A stretch of 35,404 bases of DNA from Silvanigrellaceae bacterium (GCA_049423385.1 JBMSQQ010000028.1:1-35404), one strand, 5' to 3'; shown: positions 27,009-35,404, numbered from the stretch's first letter. The notes: generated by a model from the letters alone, not told the origin. Made by a program: numbers and translations.

Positions 27009-28061
27009 ATGAAGTTTGCGCTTTTTTTCATGTGCTTTATTTTTGAAATGACTGGATGCAGGCCGCGAAGCTTCAATTCGCCCGAAGCCGCTGACCAGAG
27101 TGCGATCAGCAGCCTGTCATCTGCGGTTGATTTCTGCTCAACCAAGTCTGCAAGTTCTCCTGTTTGGGGCGCTGACAAAGTTCAAAACGAGATTCAAAGA
27201 CTCATCGAGGAGCCTGGCTACAAATCGAGCGGTTTGTCTGCCTATGCTGAAGTCTACAGGGCAATGACCGCCGAACGCGATGCGGCACGCTGTTCAAGCG
27301 TGGGACCAATGGTGCCGGATTCCCCGCTTGCACGACGACTGAATGATGCGCTTGCGGATATGATGACCAAAGGTTTTATCGAGAGCCAGAGACTTTGTTT
27401 GGCCACGCTTCAGGGAGGCAAAGCAGCTGTGCCGGACATTGGCGCTCAGCTCTGTCAGCAAAGCGGGCAGGCTTTATCTGAGCGATGGTCAACCCTTGAG
27501 CTTTCGATGGCATCCACGGCTATCTACCTCTCTTCGTTGATGGGTATTGCTCTTTCGGCACTCCCCCATGCGGATGTGCTTTGGGCCGATACACCCTACC
27601 GCACTCTCGAAGAACGCATCGAAGCCATGACACATTTCAAGCCAACCTACGACGCGTTCAATCTCTTTCTTTCCAACAATCTTCACACGGTCGCCAATGT
27701 GCTTTTGAAGAACCATCGAATTGATTGCGGGCTTTTTGCTGTGGCGGCAAAGGCAGCCGAAATCACCAAAGCACCAACAATTGTCTTCAAGGAGATTCGC
27801 GACAGGACATTCTCTCTTGGGTTGGAACTTTCTCGAAGTTGGCCACGCGGGCTTCATCCGATCACGGCAGGCGAAAAAACCTGGAACGTGGGCAGGAGCT
27901 TTGGAGTCTTTGCCAAAACTCCAAATGCGTTGATTGAATTGTATGATCATGGAAAAAATTCGGTGACAATCCTCAAGAACCCATTAATGAAGGTGTTCAA
28001 GGGGCGAGATGCACCCAGTTATGTCACCTTTGAAGGATTGACTTGCAACGTTCCAAGGTGA
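27009..28061 (+). CDS. Hypothetical helical lipoprotein (possible remote DUF5995-like)
   Basis: MKFALFFMCFIFEMTG-C lipobox-like; about 350 aa, mostly helical pattern; family assignment weak. Confidence 0.6.
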   Translation: MKFALFFMCFIFEMTGCRPRSFNSPEAADQSAISSLSSAVDFCSTKSASSPVWGADKVQNEIQRLIEEPGYKSSGLSAYAEVYRAMTAERDAARCSSVGPMVPDSPLARRLNDALADMMTKGFIESQRLCLATLQGGKAAVPDIGAQLCQQSGQALSERWSTLELSMASTAIYLSSLMGIALSALPHADVLWADTPYRTLEERIEAMTHFKPTYDAFNLFLSNNLHTVANVLLKNHRIDCGLFAVAAKAAEITKAPTIVFKEIRDRTFSLGLELSRSWPRGLHPITAGEKTWNVGRSFGVFAKTPNALIELYDHGKNSVTILKNPLMKVFKGRDAPSYVTFEGLTCNVPR

Positions 28062-28092
28062 GCTAATTTTAAGGGGTGAATGTTGTCTCACA

Positions 28093-28947
28093 TCACATGA
28101 TCTTGTCAAAAGGCTTGACGACGCTGTCGATGCGAAAGTCAACATTTGAGCTGTCTCGCTCTTTTTCAAAGACGATGAAGATATGGTGGTTGAGAAGATT
28201 CTTGGGGTTTGTGTTTATCTTGAGCTGTTCGCCATAAACCTTTTTCTTGTAGGATTTTGGCAATTCCGGCCGCTTCTTCAGGTTTCTGAAATAGCGAATC
28301 CATGAGCTGGTAAAGATCAGCGGATACAACAATGGGAACAAAAGCAATGAGCCCTTGCTCAGACGCAGGTAGCGAATTTCCTTGATTCTGAAACCTGCAA
28401 GTTTGCCCAGTATTCGCAATTTTTGAAGACCCAGCAGGAAGATGTGTCCATGATAAATTTCCGAGGAAATATTTTTGTCCGACATCCAGATGTCGTCGAT
28501 TTCGTTGGGTGGCATCTGTTTAGAGGTTTCACTCTCAAAAAGCAGGTAGCTGAATTTCGCCGCCAAATTTGAATATGAAGGCGTTGTGATCAAGAGCCGT
28601 CCATTGGCATTCAAGACTCGATTGAATTCCTTGAATGCTTTCAACTGGTCGCTGAAATGTTCGATCCCTTCCTGACAAATGACCATGTCTGCGTGGGCAT
28701 CAGGAAGTGGAATTTCTTTTGCGATGTCGGCTCTTTTGCATTCCACAGACTTGACCATGAAATATTCGGGAAACAGATCGAATGGTTCAACCTTTGCACC
28801 ATTTTCCAAAAGCAGGGCCGAAGTCACGCCATTGCCTGCGGGTACATCGACAACAGTCTTGCCGTTCAACGTGTCGCCAAAACTGTCGAGATACTTTTTG
28901 ACGTGAAACTTTGGGCTCTTTGGGTTGTTGATAAACGCGTCGATCAT
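28093..28947 (-). CDS. Class I SAM-dependent methyltransferase
   Basis: VVDVPAGNG (motif I), ADMVICQEGIEH, EFNRVLNANGRLLITTP; likely start ATG 28947 (track start 29073). Confidence 0.85.
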   Translation of the reverse strand: MIDAFINNPKSPKFHVKKYLDSFGDTLNGKTVVDVPAGNGVTSALLLENGAKVEPFDLFPEYFMVKSVECKRADIAKEIPLPDAHADMVICQEGIEHFSDQLKAFKEFNRVLNANGRLLITTPSYSNLAAKFSYLLFESETSKQMPPNEIDDIWMSDKNISSEIYHGHIFLLGLQKLRILGKLAGFRIKEIRYLRLSKGSLLLFPLLYPLIFTSSWIRYFRNLKKRPELPKSYKKKVYGEQLKINTNPKNLLNHHIFIVFEKERDSSNVDFRIDSVVKPFDKIM

Positions 28948-29102
28948 GTTGGAGTCGCCTACCGTGGTGTGTTCTCGAATGCAGATTGTCTTGATGGAAC
29001 TATAAGACATAAAATTGACTGTCAATATGGCAAATATCAATTTCATTGGGTTTGTTAAACTGACCAGGGGCAAGGGATGAACGCCAAATGCGCGGGGAAT
29101 TC

Positions 29103-30317
29103 ATGAAAAAAACGGCTATGATGAATTTGGCGATTCTATGCTTTGCTTGTCTTGCTTCATGCAATCAAAAAAGTTCTGCTTCCCGGGATCCTGCAATAGA
29201 CAGGGTGTCCCCTGGAAAGGCCACTCCCCAATCCACTGCGACAAGCCCTGCCACCAGCGAAAATCAGCAATCTGCCCAAGAGTCTATGCACCGAACGGAA
29301 ACTCTCCAGGGCGTCAATGAGTCCAAGCTCCTGTGCGGCGTCTCACCTGGAATCAAGTTGTTTGACATGGCACAGGGGCGAGGGGTGCGAGTCGCGACGC
29401 TGAATCTTTACGGTGCCTTTTCGTCGACCGTTGACTCTCTCAAGTCCCGCATCGACTTGCATGCGCAAAACATCATCAATGCAAACGCCGATACAATAGG
29501 GATTCAGGAAAGCGAGGATATGTCGCCCGCGGGAATGTCGGTTGAGATGCTTGCGCGGCGTCTCTCCGAATTGAGTGGTCAAACTTGGTATTGGTGTTTC
29601 TTCCGATCCAATCCCCACTCCCCGCTCGAGTCGGATACAAATGCCGGTGGTGGAGGTCCTCTCTCCATGGCCATGGCGGCTGTAGACGGAAACACAAAGA
29701 AGTTGTCTCAGTCCAGCTGGTTTATGGGTGATTCAATCGTCTCCAGGTTTCCATTCGCCTCGGCTGGCGCACGGAGGATGGCTCGCCGCACTTTGAGTGA
29801 ATATCTTCTGTGTCAAACTGAGCAGTGTCGTCAATGGGCGATCGGAGAGTCGAGGGTTGTGATGCGTGTCGAATTGATTGCAAAAGGGCAGTCCTTGCAT
29901 TTCTTCAACTCACATTTTTATACAAACATCACATCAGACAGTGCCAAGAGCCAGACACGTCAAGCGCAAGAAGTGGGAACATACGTCAATGATGTTCTTG
30001 CAAAAAGGTTCGCTGCCACGGTATTGGCTTGTGATTGCAATTCGCCACCTGAGGGTGTGGTTCGAACCGAGATTTTGAAGTTGGGATTCTTGGACGCTTG
30101 GGCGACGTTGAATCCAACGGTTCCAGGCTTTACAGGTGGTCAGCAACTGGATGCAAAGTCCAAAACTGCGACGAGCCGAATTGATTACCTTTACCTGAAA
30201 GGGCTTGCACCGACTTCCGCAGGCCTCATGCCAGAGGCTTCCGCCGCAACACCTGTGGCAGGAACAATAGTGTGGCCATCGGACCATCTGGGCGTTGTTG
30301 CAGAGATCAAAAACTGA
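29103..30317 (+). CDS. Endonuclease/exonuclease/phosphatase (EEP) family lipoprotein
   Basis: CLAS-C lipobox; ATLNL, IGIQE, IVSRFP, FNSH, ACDCNS (GDFN equivalent), RIDYLY, PSDH. Confidence 0.85.
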   Translation: MKKTAMMNLAILCFACLASCNQKSSASRDPAIDRVSPGKATPQSTATSPATSENQQSAQESMHRTETLQGVNESKLLCGVSPGIKLFDMAQGRGVRVATLNLYGAFSSTVDSLKSRIDLHAQNIINANADTIGIQESEDMSPAGMSVEMLARRLSELSGQTWYWCFFRSNPHSPLESDTNAGGGGPLSMAMAAVDGNTKKLSQSSWFMGDSIVSRFPFASAGARRMARRTLSEYLLCQTEQCRQWAIGESRVVMRVELIAKGQSLHFFNSHFYTNITSDSAKSQTRQAQEVGTYVNDVLAKRFAATVLACDCNSPPEGVVRTEILKLGFLDAWATLNPTVPGFTGGQQLDAKSKTATSRIDYLYLKGLAPTSAGLMPEASAATPVAGTIVWPSDHLGVVAEIKN

Positions 30318-30340
30318 AACTGATTTTGGTTTAAAAACTT

Positions 30341-31039
30341 TCAGAGCGATTTGATATATTTCAACAGAGCGGCACGTTCTTCGGTGGTGAGCGTCTTGCC
30401 CTTTGGCATCGAACCACTCTGGACTTCACTCTTGATCTCACCCTTGTTTAGAGCCCACTGGGCAGTCGTTTCAAGGCGAGGACTTTTTCCGCCCTTGGCA
30501 TGACATCCAATACACAGGGCCCGGGCGTTGTCGAAATTAAAGACGACAGGCTGTGGAGTTGTTGTACCGCTTCCGGCTGACATGCCAAGAAGTTTGTCCA
30601 AAAATGCGATCATCTTTGTCTTGTCCTGGCCTGCCAAGCCATTGGGAGGAGGCATGCGATCCGCATTGACTGAAAGTTTTGCAGAACCCGCAAAAGTCTT
30701 CCAGTCTGCCTCGGTGCCATTCGCTTTGCTCCACACGCTCGCGCCACTGCCACCCGGTTGGTGACACGATGCGCATTTTGCCTTTGCCTCGTCGAGCGTG
30801 AACGCAGCCGTGGTAGTTGCGCTGCTATTCGTTGATGAGTTGTTGTTGGCAGGCGTTGAATTCGAAGAACTGGGCGCTGCTCCAACTGCCCCGCCACCTT
30901 GTGGCTTGTCGGATGAAGTCGTCGTCGTTGTATCGGTGGGTCCCGGTTTTTTTGTCAGCTGATCCGGTACCGGAGCAGCCGTGCTGCAGCCTGTAGCAAC
31001 GCCAATGCAAAGCAGAAAAATGGCATTCACCAGGCGCAT
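30341..31039 (-). CDS. Diheme c-type cytochrome lipoprotein
   Basis: VATG-C lipobox, Thr/Ser/Asn-rich linker, two CXXCH motifs (CASCH, CIGCH), each followed 30-40 aa later by MP (RMPP, SMPK; candidate Met ligands). Confidence 0.8.
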   Translation of the reverse strand: MRLVNAIFLLCIGVATGCSTAAPVPDQLTKKPGPTDTTTTTSSDKPQGGGAVGAAPSSSNSTPANNNSSTNSSATTTAAFTLDEAKAKCASCHQPGGSGASVWSKANGTEADWKTFAGSAKLSVNADRMPPPNGLAGQDKTKMIAFLDKLLGMSAGSGTTTPQPVVFNFDNARALCIGCHAKGGKSPRLETTAQWALNKGEIKSEVQSGSMPKGKTLTTEERAALLKYIKSL

Positions 31040-31075
31040 ACTGATCCACCCCCAAAATTCGCATCCTCTAAGGAC

Positions 31076-31102
31076 GTATCGGAAAATCTCCGGAAAAATT
31101 AA
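31076..31102 (-). promoter_or_regulatory. Putative sigma-28-type promoter
   Basis: Minus strand TTAA-N15-TCCGATAC, 36 nt upstream of the cytochrome ATG 31039. Confidence 0.5.
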
Positions 31103-31165
31103 GTGCAGCGTAATTAAATCTTGTAGTATTGAATATATGCTGCCCGCAAATTTACGTGGGCTTGC

Positions 31166-32275
31166 TTAAATTGAGCGAAAGAAGTTCCACGCAATTTCTG
31201 CAAACTCGATTTCCCTGTTTTGTGTGCCGACGAAACGATTTCCCTTGTCGACCACTCTGCTGGGAGGAGGATGACCTGCGCCGTTCAGCGTCCAGGAAAC
31301 CACTTTTAAGGGCCTCTCTGAGACAGATACTTCGCTCTGTTTGATTTTCACTTTCTCATAGACACTCTCAATTGCGCTACCGCCATCATTTTCGACTTCG
31401 TCAAGCGTGCGTGTCTTTGGATAGGAATTTTCAAGATGGTTGGTCTTCAGCCAAAATTCAACAGTGGCTTTGCTACTCAAGACTTCCCCCCGATGACAAG
31501 AGTTCCTTGTTCTGCCAAGACAGGCAACAACTCCACCATTTGCGGGAACCACAGGGTCTTCACTTCCATGGGTCATTAAAATTGGCACCGGAATTGGCGA
31601 ACCGGATTTGCAGCGTCCGTCCATCGGATTCTTGGCAATATTTCCGCTTGATGTCGCGATACCACCCAGCATTTCCGGCTTTTCCATCGCAAAACGAAAA
31701 GTCATCATGGCTCCATTGGACGTTCCAGTCATGAACACCTTGGTGCGATCAATTTTCAGGTCGTGCTGAAGTTTCAAGATAAGAGCTGCAAGGAACCCCA
31801 CATCATCAGCGCCCGATTTCGACCTGTCGTCGGACCGGCAGTCGTTCCATCCCAACCTTCCCCCGGAATCTGCTGTACCTTGAGGATACACTACGACAAA
31901 TCCTGCCTTGTCGGCGATGGAGTTCATCACGCCCAGCGCGTTTTGTGAAGGATCGCTCGCAGCTTCTGCGGATCCGCCACCGCCGTGAAGTACAATGACG
32001 AGCGCAATGGGCGAGGAATTTGGGGCATGGCCCTGTGGACGGTAAACCCGGAATTTTCTTTCGTCTCCGTTCAAAAGAAGGCACCCATCCCAGAAGCCCG
32101 GTTGAATAATCTCTGTTGTCGAGTTTTGGCAGTCGCCTTGAAAGGTTCTAATTGGACCAATGCTGGAGACCGTTGGCTGCCCGGACTGGTTTTGCCGTGA
32201 ACGTTTGTGCACGCATGCACTGATTATTGCACAAACAGCCACGAAAAAATTCAACAGGATACTTGGGCCGTTCAT
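31166..32275 (-). CDS. LpqC / PHB-depolymerase-like alpha/beta esterase, probably exported (lipoprotein)
   Basis: VLHGGGG, VYPQG, WNDCR, DDVGFL, TGTSNGAMM (GxSxG), HGSEDP, GAGH; IISA-C near the N-terminus. Confidence 0.88.
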   Translation of the reverse strand: MNGPSILLNFFVAVCAIISACVHKRSRQNQSGQPTVSSIGPIRTFQGDCQNSTTEIIQPGFWDGCLLLNGDERKFRVYRPQGHAPNSSPIALVIVLHGGGGSAEAASDPSQNALGVMNSIADKAGFVVVYPQGTADSGGRLGWNDCRSDDRSKSGADDVGFLAALILKLQHDLKIDRTKVFMTGTSNGAMMTFRFAMEKPEMLGGIATSSGNIAKNPMDGRCKSGSPIPVPILMTHGSEDPVVPANGGVVACLGRTRNSCHRGEVLSSKATVEFWLKTNHLENSYPKTRTLDEVENDGGSAIESVYEKVKIKQSEVSVSERPLKVVSWTLNGAGHPPPSRVVDKGNRFVGTQNREIEFAEIAWNFFRSI

Positions 32276-32584
32276 GGAGTCTCCATCAATCAGGGACGTT
32301 CAGGATCGCTTGACCGCGTCTGGAAGAATATCCTCAGTCCTTTTTAAAGAAATTCTATATCAAAAAAAACTCAGATTTTTCGGAAAAGTCGGAGATGGTC
32401 TATTTTTTTTCAATATCGGATAACCTTCCAGATGACCGGGCATTTATGCGTGAATGAATTTTTTGTTGTCGGACGTGAAGTGCATTTTTTGCAGTTCGTC
32501 AAACTTGACGTGGTTATTCCTGCGCATTCGTGTCGCCAATAGTTGATACATTATGACACTGCTCGGAGTGTGGAGGAAGCCTTG

Positions 32585-34180
32585 ATGAAAATTTTGAACA
32601 AGGGATTTGTCCTTGTGCTGCTGACCAACTTGGTAGCTCAAGAAGGACTTGCGGTTGACTTCCAAAAGCAAAGAAAAAAAGAAAACAAGGCGAAAATATC
32701 GGAGTCTTCTCGAGAAAAAATTGACAACGATTTGCTCACTGGAATGATTGAAAACCTGAGCTCACTGAACGAATTCAAGTTGAGTGAGTCAATTCTGCAG
32801 GAGCATCTTCGAAACAAAGGCAATGATTCCCAAGCTCATTTGCTTCTTTCTGCCGTCTACAGCAGCTGGAAGAAGTACAAACAGTCGAGAAGCTCACTCG
32901 ACAGCAGTTTGAAATTTAAAAACGAAAACACGGATTCCGCATTTATTGAGTACCAAAGTGCTCTTTTGCTTGGAGTCGAAGGAAAAACTGAAGAGTGTAT
33001 TTCGATTCTCAAAAAATTGTCTGAAAGTCCCTCGCTCAAAATCGCCACCAAGGCAAACAGGGCGCTTTCAGAAATCGGCATGAATCCCCAAAAAGGCATC
33101 TCGCCTTGGCTAGAGCGGAGGCACATCAGTCGACGCGAGCTCAACGAGCTTTCCATGCAAAGACTTCGGGAAGCCGAGGCAGAAGAAAGGGCCAATGGAA
33201 AAGTATCCATAGAGTCAGTCGACCTGAAGACTGGGAAAGTTGCAATGGATACCAGTGCAGTCAGACTCGAAACAATTGCCAGAATTTCAGGTTGGTCAAC
33301 TTGGTGGCCGTTGAAATTCACAGTCAATTCGTCAGTAAACCTCGGAAGCACCTACGATTCAAATATTCTTCAGATTCCGGACAAGCTTGCTCCCCTGGTC
33401 TCCGACAAAAGTGGAATTGTTCATTCAGGATCGGCTCAATTGGCTGCCAGCAGCGGATTTGGTCCTGGGAATTTGAGTGCGACTGCGGCAGTTTCAACCT
33501 CCATCAATGCAAATCAAGACGCATCCAACCTCAACAGTTTCAATGGCAGCAACAATCTGCAGTGGACGGCCGATGAGACTTCGTCTGGATTGAGTTGGGG
33601 CATCACCAACTCGCTGACTGGCAGTTTCATGAACACTGATGGTTACAAATTATATAATTGGGCAAATTCCACGGGACTGGTTGTTGCCAAGAGGTTGAAT
33701 GAGTCTTTTGGGCTGGATGTCAGCGTCAATGGCGGCCTGCAGAAGTTTCCTGGAGTAGCGGTCATCAACATCAGCGATGACCGAAATGGGCCAACGGTGG
33801 GTGCGGCCGTCAATCTGAATGGCAGTGTGGGTGAATTTGGTCTTGGCACAGGATTCAATTGGTCACGGCAATCTGCAAAGGGAATCAACTTCAAAACAAC
33901 AGGCTCGACGATCTCATTGAGTGCTTCGCGTCCCATTTCACTTCTTAAGTCTCAAATCTCTGTCAACGGTTCGGCGACGCGAAGTCAATTTCCTGAAGCC
34001 GAACGCAGCAGAACTGACTCTCAACTTTCTTCCTCTGTCACCTGGTCTTTTCCTGTTTCAATTGTCAGTGAAAAAACAAAGATGTCTCTCTCCGGCGCAG
34101 GTCAGTCTTCCGACTCAAGTTTGCCTGATGCTGCATTCAAAAAGTACACACTTTCTGCGGCGGTGGATCATGCGTTCTAA
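32585..34180 (+). CDS. TPR-like domain plus C-terminal outer-membrane beta-barrel protein
   Basis: GGAGGA RBS, ATG 32585, signal peptide; helical repeats (AHLLLSAVY, YQSALLLG); barrel begins near GSTYDSNI; ends YTLSAAVDHAF (beta-signal-like). Confidence 0.7.
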   Translation: MKILNKGFVLVLLTNLVAQEGLAVDFQKQRKKENKAKISESSREKIDNDLLTGMIENLSSLNEFKLSESILQEHLRNKGNDSQAHLLLSAVYSSWKKYKQSRSSLDSSLKFKNENTDSAFIEYQSALLLGVEGKTEECISILKKLSESPSLKIATKANRALSEIGMNPQKGISPWLERRHISRRELNELSMQRLREAEAEERANGKVSIESVDLKTGKVAMDTSAVRLETIARISGWSTWWPLKFTVNSSVNLGSTYDSNILQIPDKLAPLVSDKSGIVHSGSAQLAASSGFGPGNLSATAAVSTSINANQDASNLNSFNGSNNLQWTADETSSGLSWGITNSLTGSFMNTDGYKLYNWANSTGLVVAKRLNESFGLDVSVNGGLQKFPGVAVINISDDRNGPTVGAAVNLNGSVGEFGLGTGFNWSRQSAKGINFKTTGSTISLSASRPISLLKSQISVNGSATRSQFPEAERSRTDSQLSSSVTWSFPVSIVSEKTKMSLSGAGQSSDSSLPDAAFKKYTLSAAVDHAF

Positions 34181-35404
34181 AGAAAATATTTCAATTGTTT
34201 GGAATTCGCTGATTTCATTGTTGCTGAGTCCGCTCCTGATGTTTGGTCCTGCAGCTGTATCGGTGGCATCTGCACAGGATGCGCCCAGCTCTGGGGATTC
34301 GCCCGCCGTTGATTCCTCAGGAGCAACCGTTCGTAAGGGGAGTATTCGAGTTGATGAAGCCACCACCGGACTTGGAAAGCCGAAGTCCAGTGGTGCCTTG
34401 GGTAAGGTGGTTTACCGGGAAGGTACGGTCAAGGTTGATAGAAGCGACGCACAGGCCGGCTCGGAAGTGAAGTCGGGAGCGATGATTGAGGCCGGGGTAG
34501 ATGGTCGCGCGTTGATTGTCTTGAAGAGGAAGTCAGCGATCAATGCTCCTCTGAATCCAGAGGATCTGCTCGGTACCCGAAAAGCCTCAAAAAAGAAAAA
34601 TGTCGAGAAGAGAGCGCCGGCCAAAAAGCCATCAACGTCTGCTTCCGCGACGGCGAAGCCCAAGCGAAAAAGGCAACCAGGTCTGAGCAAGGGAATCGAT
34701 GTCAAACGTCTGCAGTACATTGCCCTGGTAGGCGATGCGCAAGCAAAATTGGACAACAATGAAATTGCCATCGAGACTCGAGATGGTGAAGCGATCATCA
34801 ATCAAGGCACGAGCCGACTGTTCAATCTGGGCCCCAACAGCAAAATGCGAGTTCCAGCGCAGCCCAAGAATGCCATCACCGGAACATTGTGTCATGGCGT
34901 TTTGACGGGTGTTGCGCGGACATCATCTGCTTCCGGTGGTCCAAACATTGAAACCAGTTCTGGCATTGTGAATTTTCCTGCGGGCGGAAGGTTTCTTGTA
35001 GAAGCTTCGGGCAGCGGCCAGTTGCAGCAGTGTGATGAAGGCAAGACTGGTGCTCCGGAAGGCAAAGGTTCCGGTGGCATTCGGGTTGTCAGTTTGGATG
35101 CTCCGGGTCGTCTTATTCTGGCTCAGCAGCCTGTGAAGGTTTCTCCGGCCAGTAGAAAGTCAACGGAGAAACCTCAAGATGATTCAAAAAAGGAAAGCCG
35201 TGTCGAAAAGTCCATGGATCTTTCCCTGAACGGAACAGGTGGCCTTGAGCAAGACAGAGAAAGAGATCCGGAAGATGACGGCGGCAAAAAAGCTGCCGAC
35301 AACGAGAAGAAATCCAATGACAGCGATAGCAGCAAGAAGACGGCCGACTCTGAAGACAATCAAAAGTCGAAAGGCGGCAAACCGACCAAGAGTGAAGACA
35401 GTCC
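34170..35404 (+). CDS. Exported FecR-like domain protein, 3' end outside window (absent from the ORF track)
   Basis: ATG 34170 overlaps the upstream stop; frame open to the window end. MRSKENISIVWNSLISLLLSPLLMFGPAAVSVASA signal; GKVVYREGTVKV..AGSEVKSGAMIEAGVDGRALIVL ... LFNLGPNSKMRV ... LCHGVL ... IETSSGIVNFPAGGRFLVE follows FecR strand order; then a D/K/S-rich low-complexity stretch. Confidence 0.7.
   Translation, partial: MRSKENISIVWNSLISLLLSPLLMFGPAAVSVASAQDAPSSGDSPAVDSSGATVRKGSIRVDEATTGLGKPKSSGALGKVVYREGTVKVDRSDAQAGSEVKSGAMIEAGVDGRALIVLKRKSAINAPLNPEDLLGTRKASKKKNVEKRAPAKKPSTSASATAKPKRKRQPGLSKGIDVKRLQYIALVGDAQAKLDNNEIAIETRDGEAIINQGTSRLFNLGPNSKMRVPAQPKNAITGTLCHGVLTGVARTSSASGGPNIETSSGIVNFPAGGRFLVEASGSGQLQQCDEGKTGAPEGKGSGGIRVVSLDAPGRLILAQQPVKVSPASRKSTEKPQDDSKKESRVEKSMDLSLNGTGGLEQDRERDPEDDGGKKAADNEKKSNDSDSSKKTADSEDNQKSKGGKPTKSEDS

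Noticed and set aside
28093..28947. Methyltransferase as a horizontally acquired or restriction-modification gene
   Set aside because: Only slightly AT-richer by eye; no DNA-MTase DPPY/NPPY/PC motif, flanking repeats, integrase or tRNA.
30800..30950. Short trinucleotide runs (gtc/gtt) as a repeat array
   Set aside because: Explained by the Thr/Asn/Ser-rich linker codons of the cytochrome gene.
32274..32286. ATGGAG-T-CTCCAT palindrome at the esterase start
   Set aside because: Very short stem with a 1-3 nt loop, largely made of the RBS and start-proximal bases; likely chance.
1..35404. CRISPR arrays, tRNA/rRNA, riboswitches, IS elements, prophage or defence islands
   Set aside because: No spaced direct repeats, cloverleaf signatures, transposase/integrase motifs or phage genes were seen, and intergenic gaps are at most about 310 nt. 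A small ncRNA cannot be excluded without an Rfam/Infernal scan.

Overview
A gene-dense bacterial chromosomal window (about 50% GC by eye) with about 28 CDSs. I see no RNA gene, CRISPR array, prophage or transposase. The gene mix (many orphan lipoproteins, a 7TM-DISM/PP2C sensor, MepA, a TPR/beta-barrel plus FecR-like pair, sigma-28-like promoters) suggests a Bdellovibrionota/Oligoflexia-like diderm; this is inference only. Recognisable genes, in order: 3' end of a beta-carbonic anhydrase, mepA plus DUF1853, a DUF1800/DUF1501 pair, a serine racemase/dehydratase-type PLP enzyme, and the rubrerythrin/Fe-S oxidoreductase/DUF3501 cassette. After these come a SpoIIE-type phosphatase, a TAP-like alpha/beta hydrolase, an LpxR-family protein, gltBD, a metallophosphoesterase, a SAM methyltransferase, an EEP lipoprotein, a diheme cytochrome c lipoprotein and an LpqC-like esterase. 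Best leads: (i) a very divergent Lnt-like E-K-C enzyme overlapping the end of the rubrerythrin cassette; (ii) a TPR/beta-barrel protein coupled to an atypical FecR-like protein absent from the ORF track; (iii) an LpxR homologue with extra N- and C-terminal segments; (iv) three sigma-28-like promoters upstream of non-flagellar envelope or signalling genes. Family calls come from motif recognition by eye; no database search was run.
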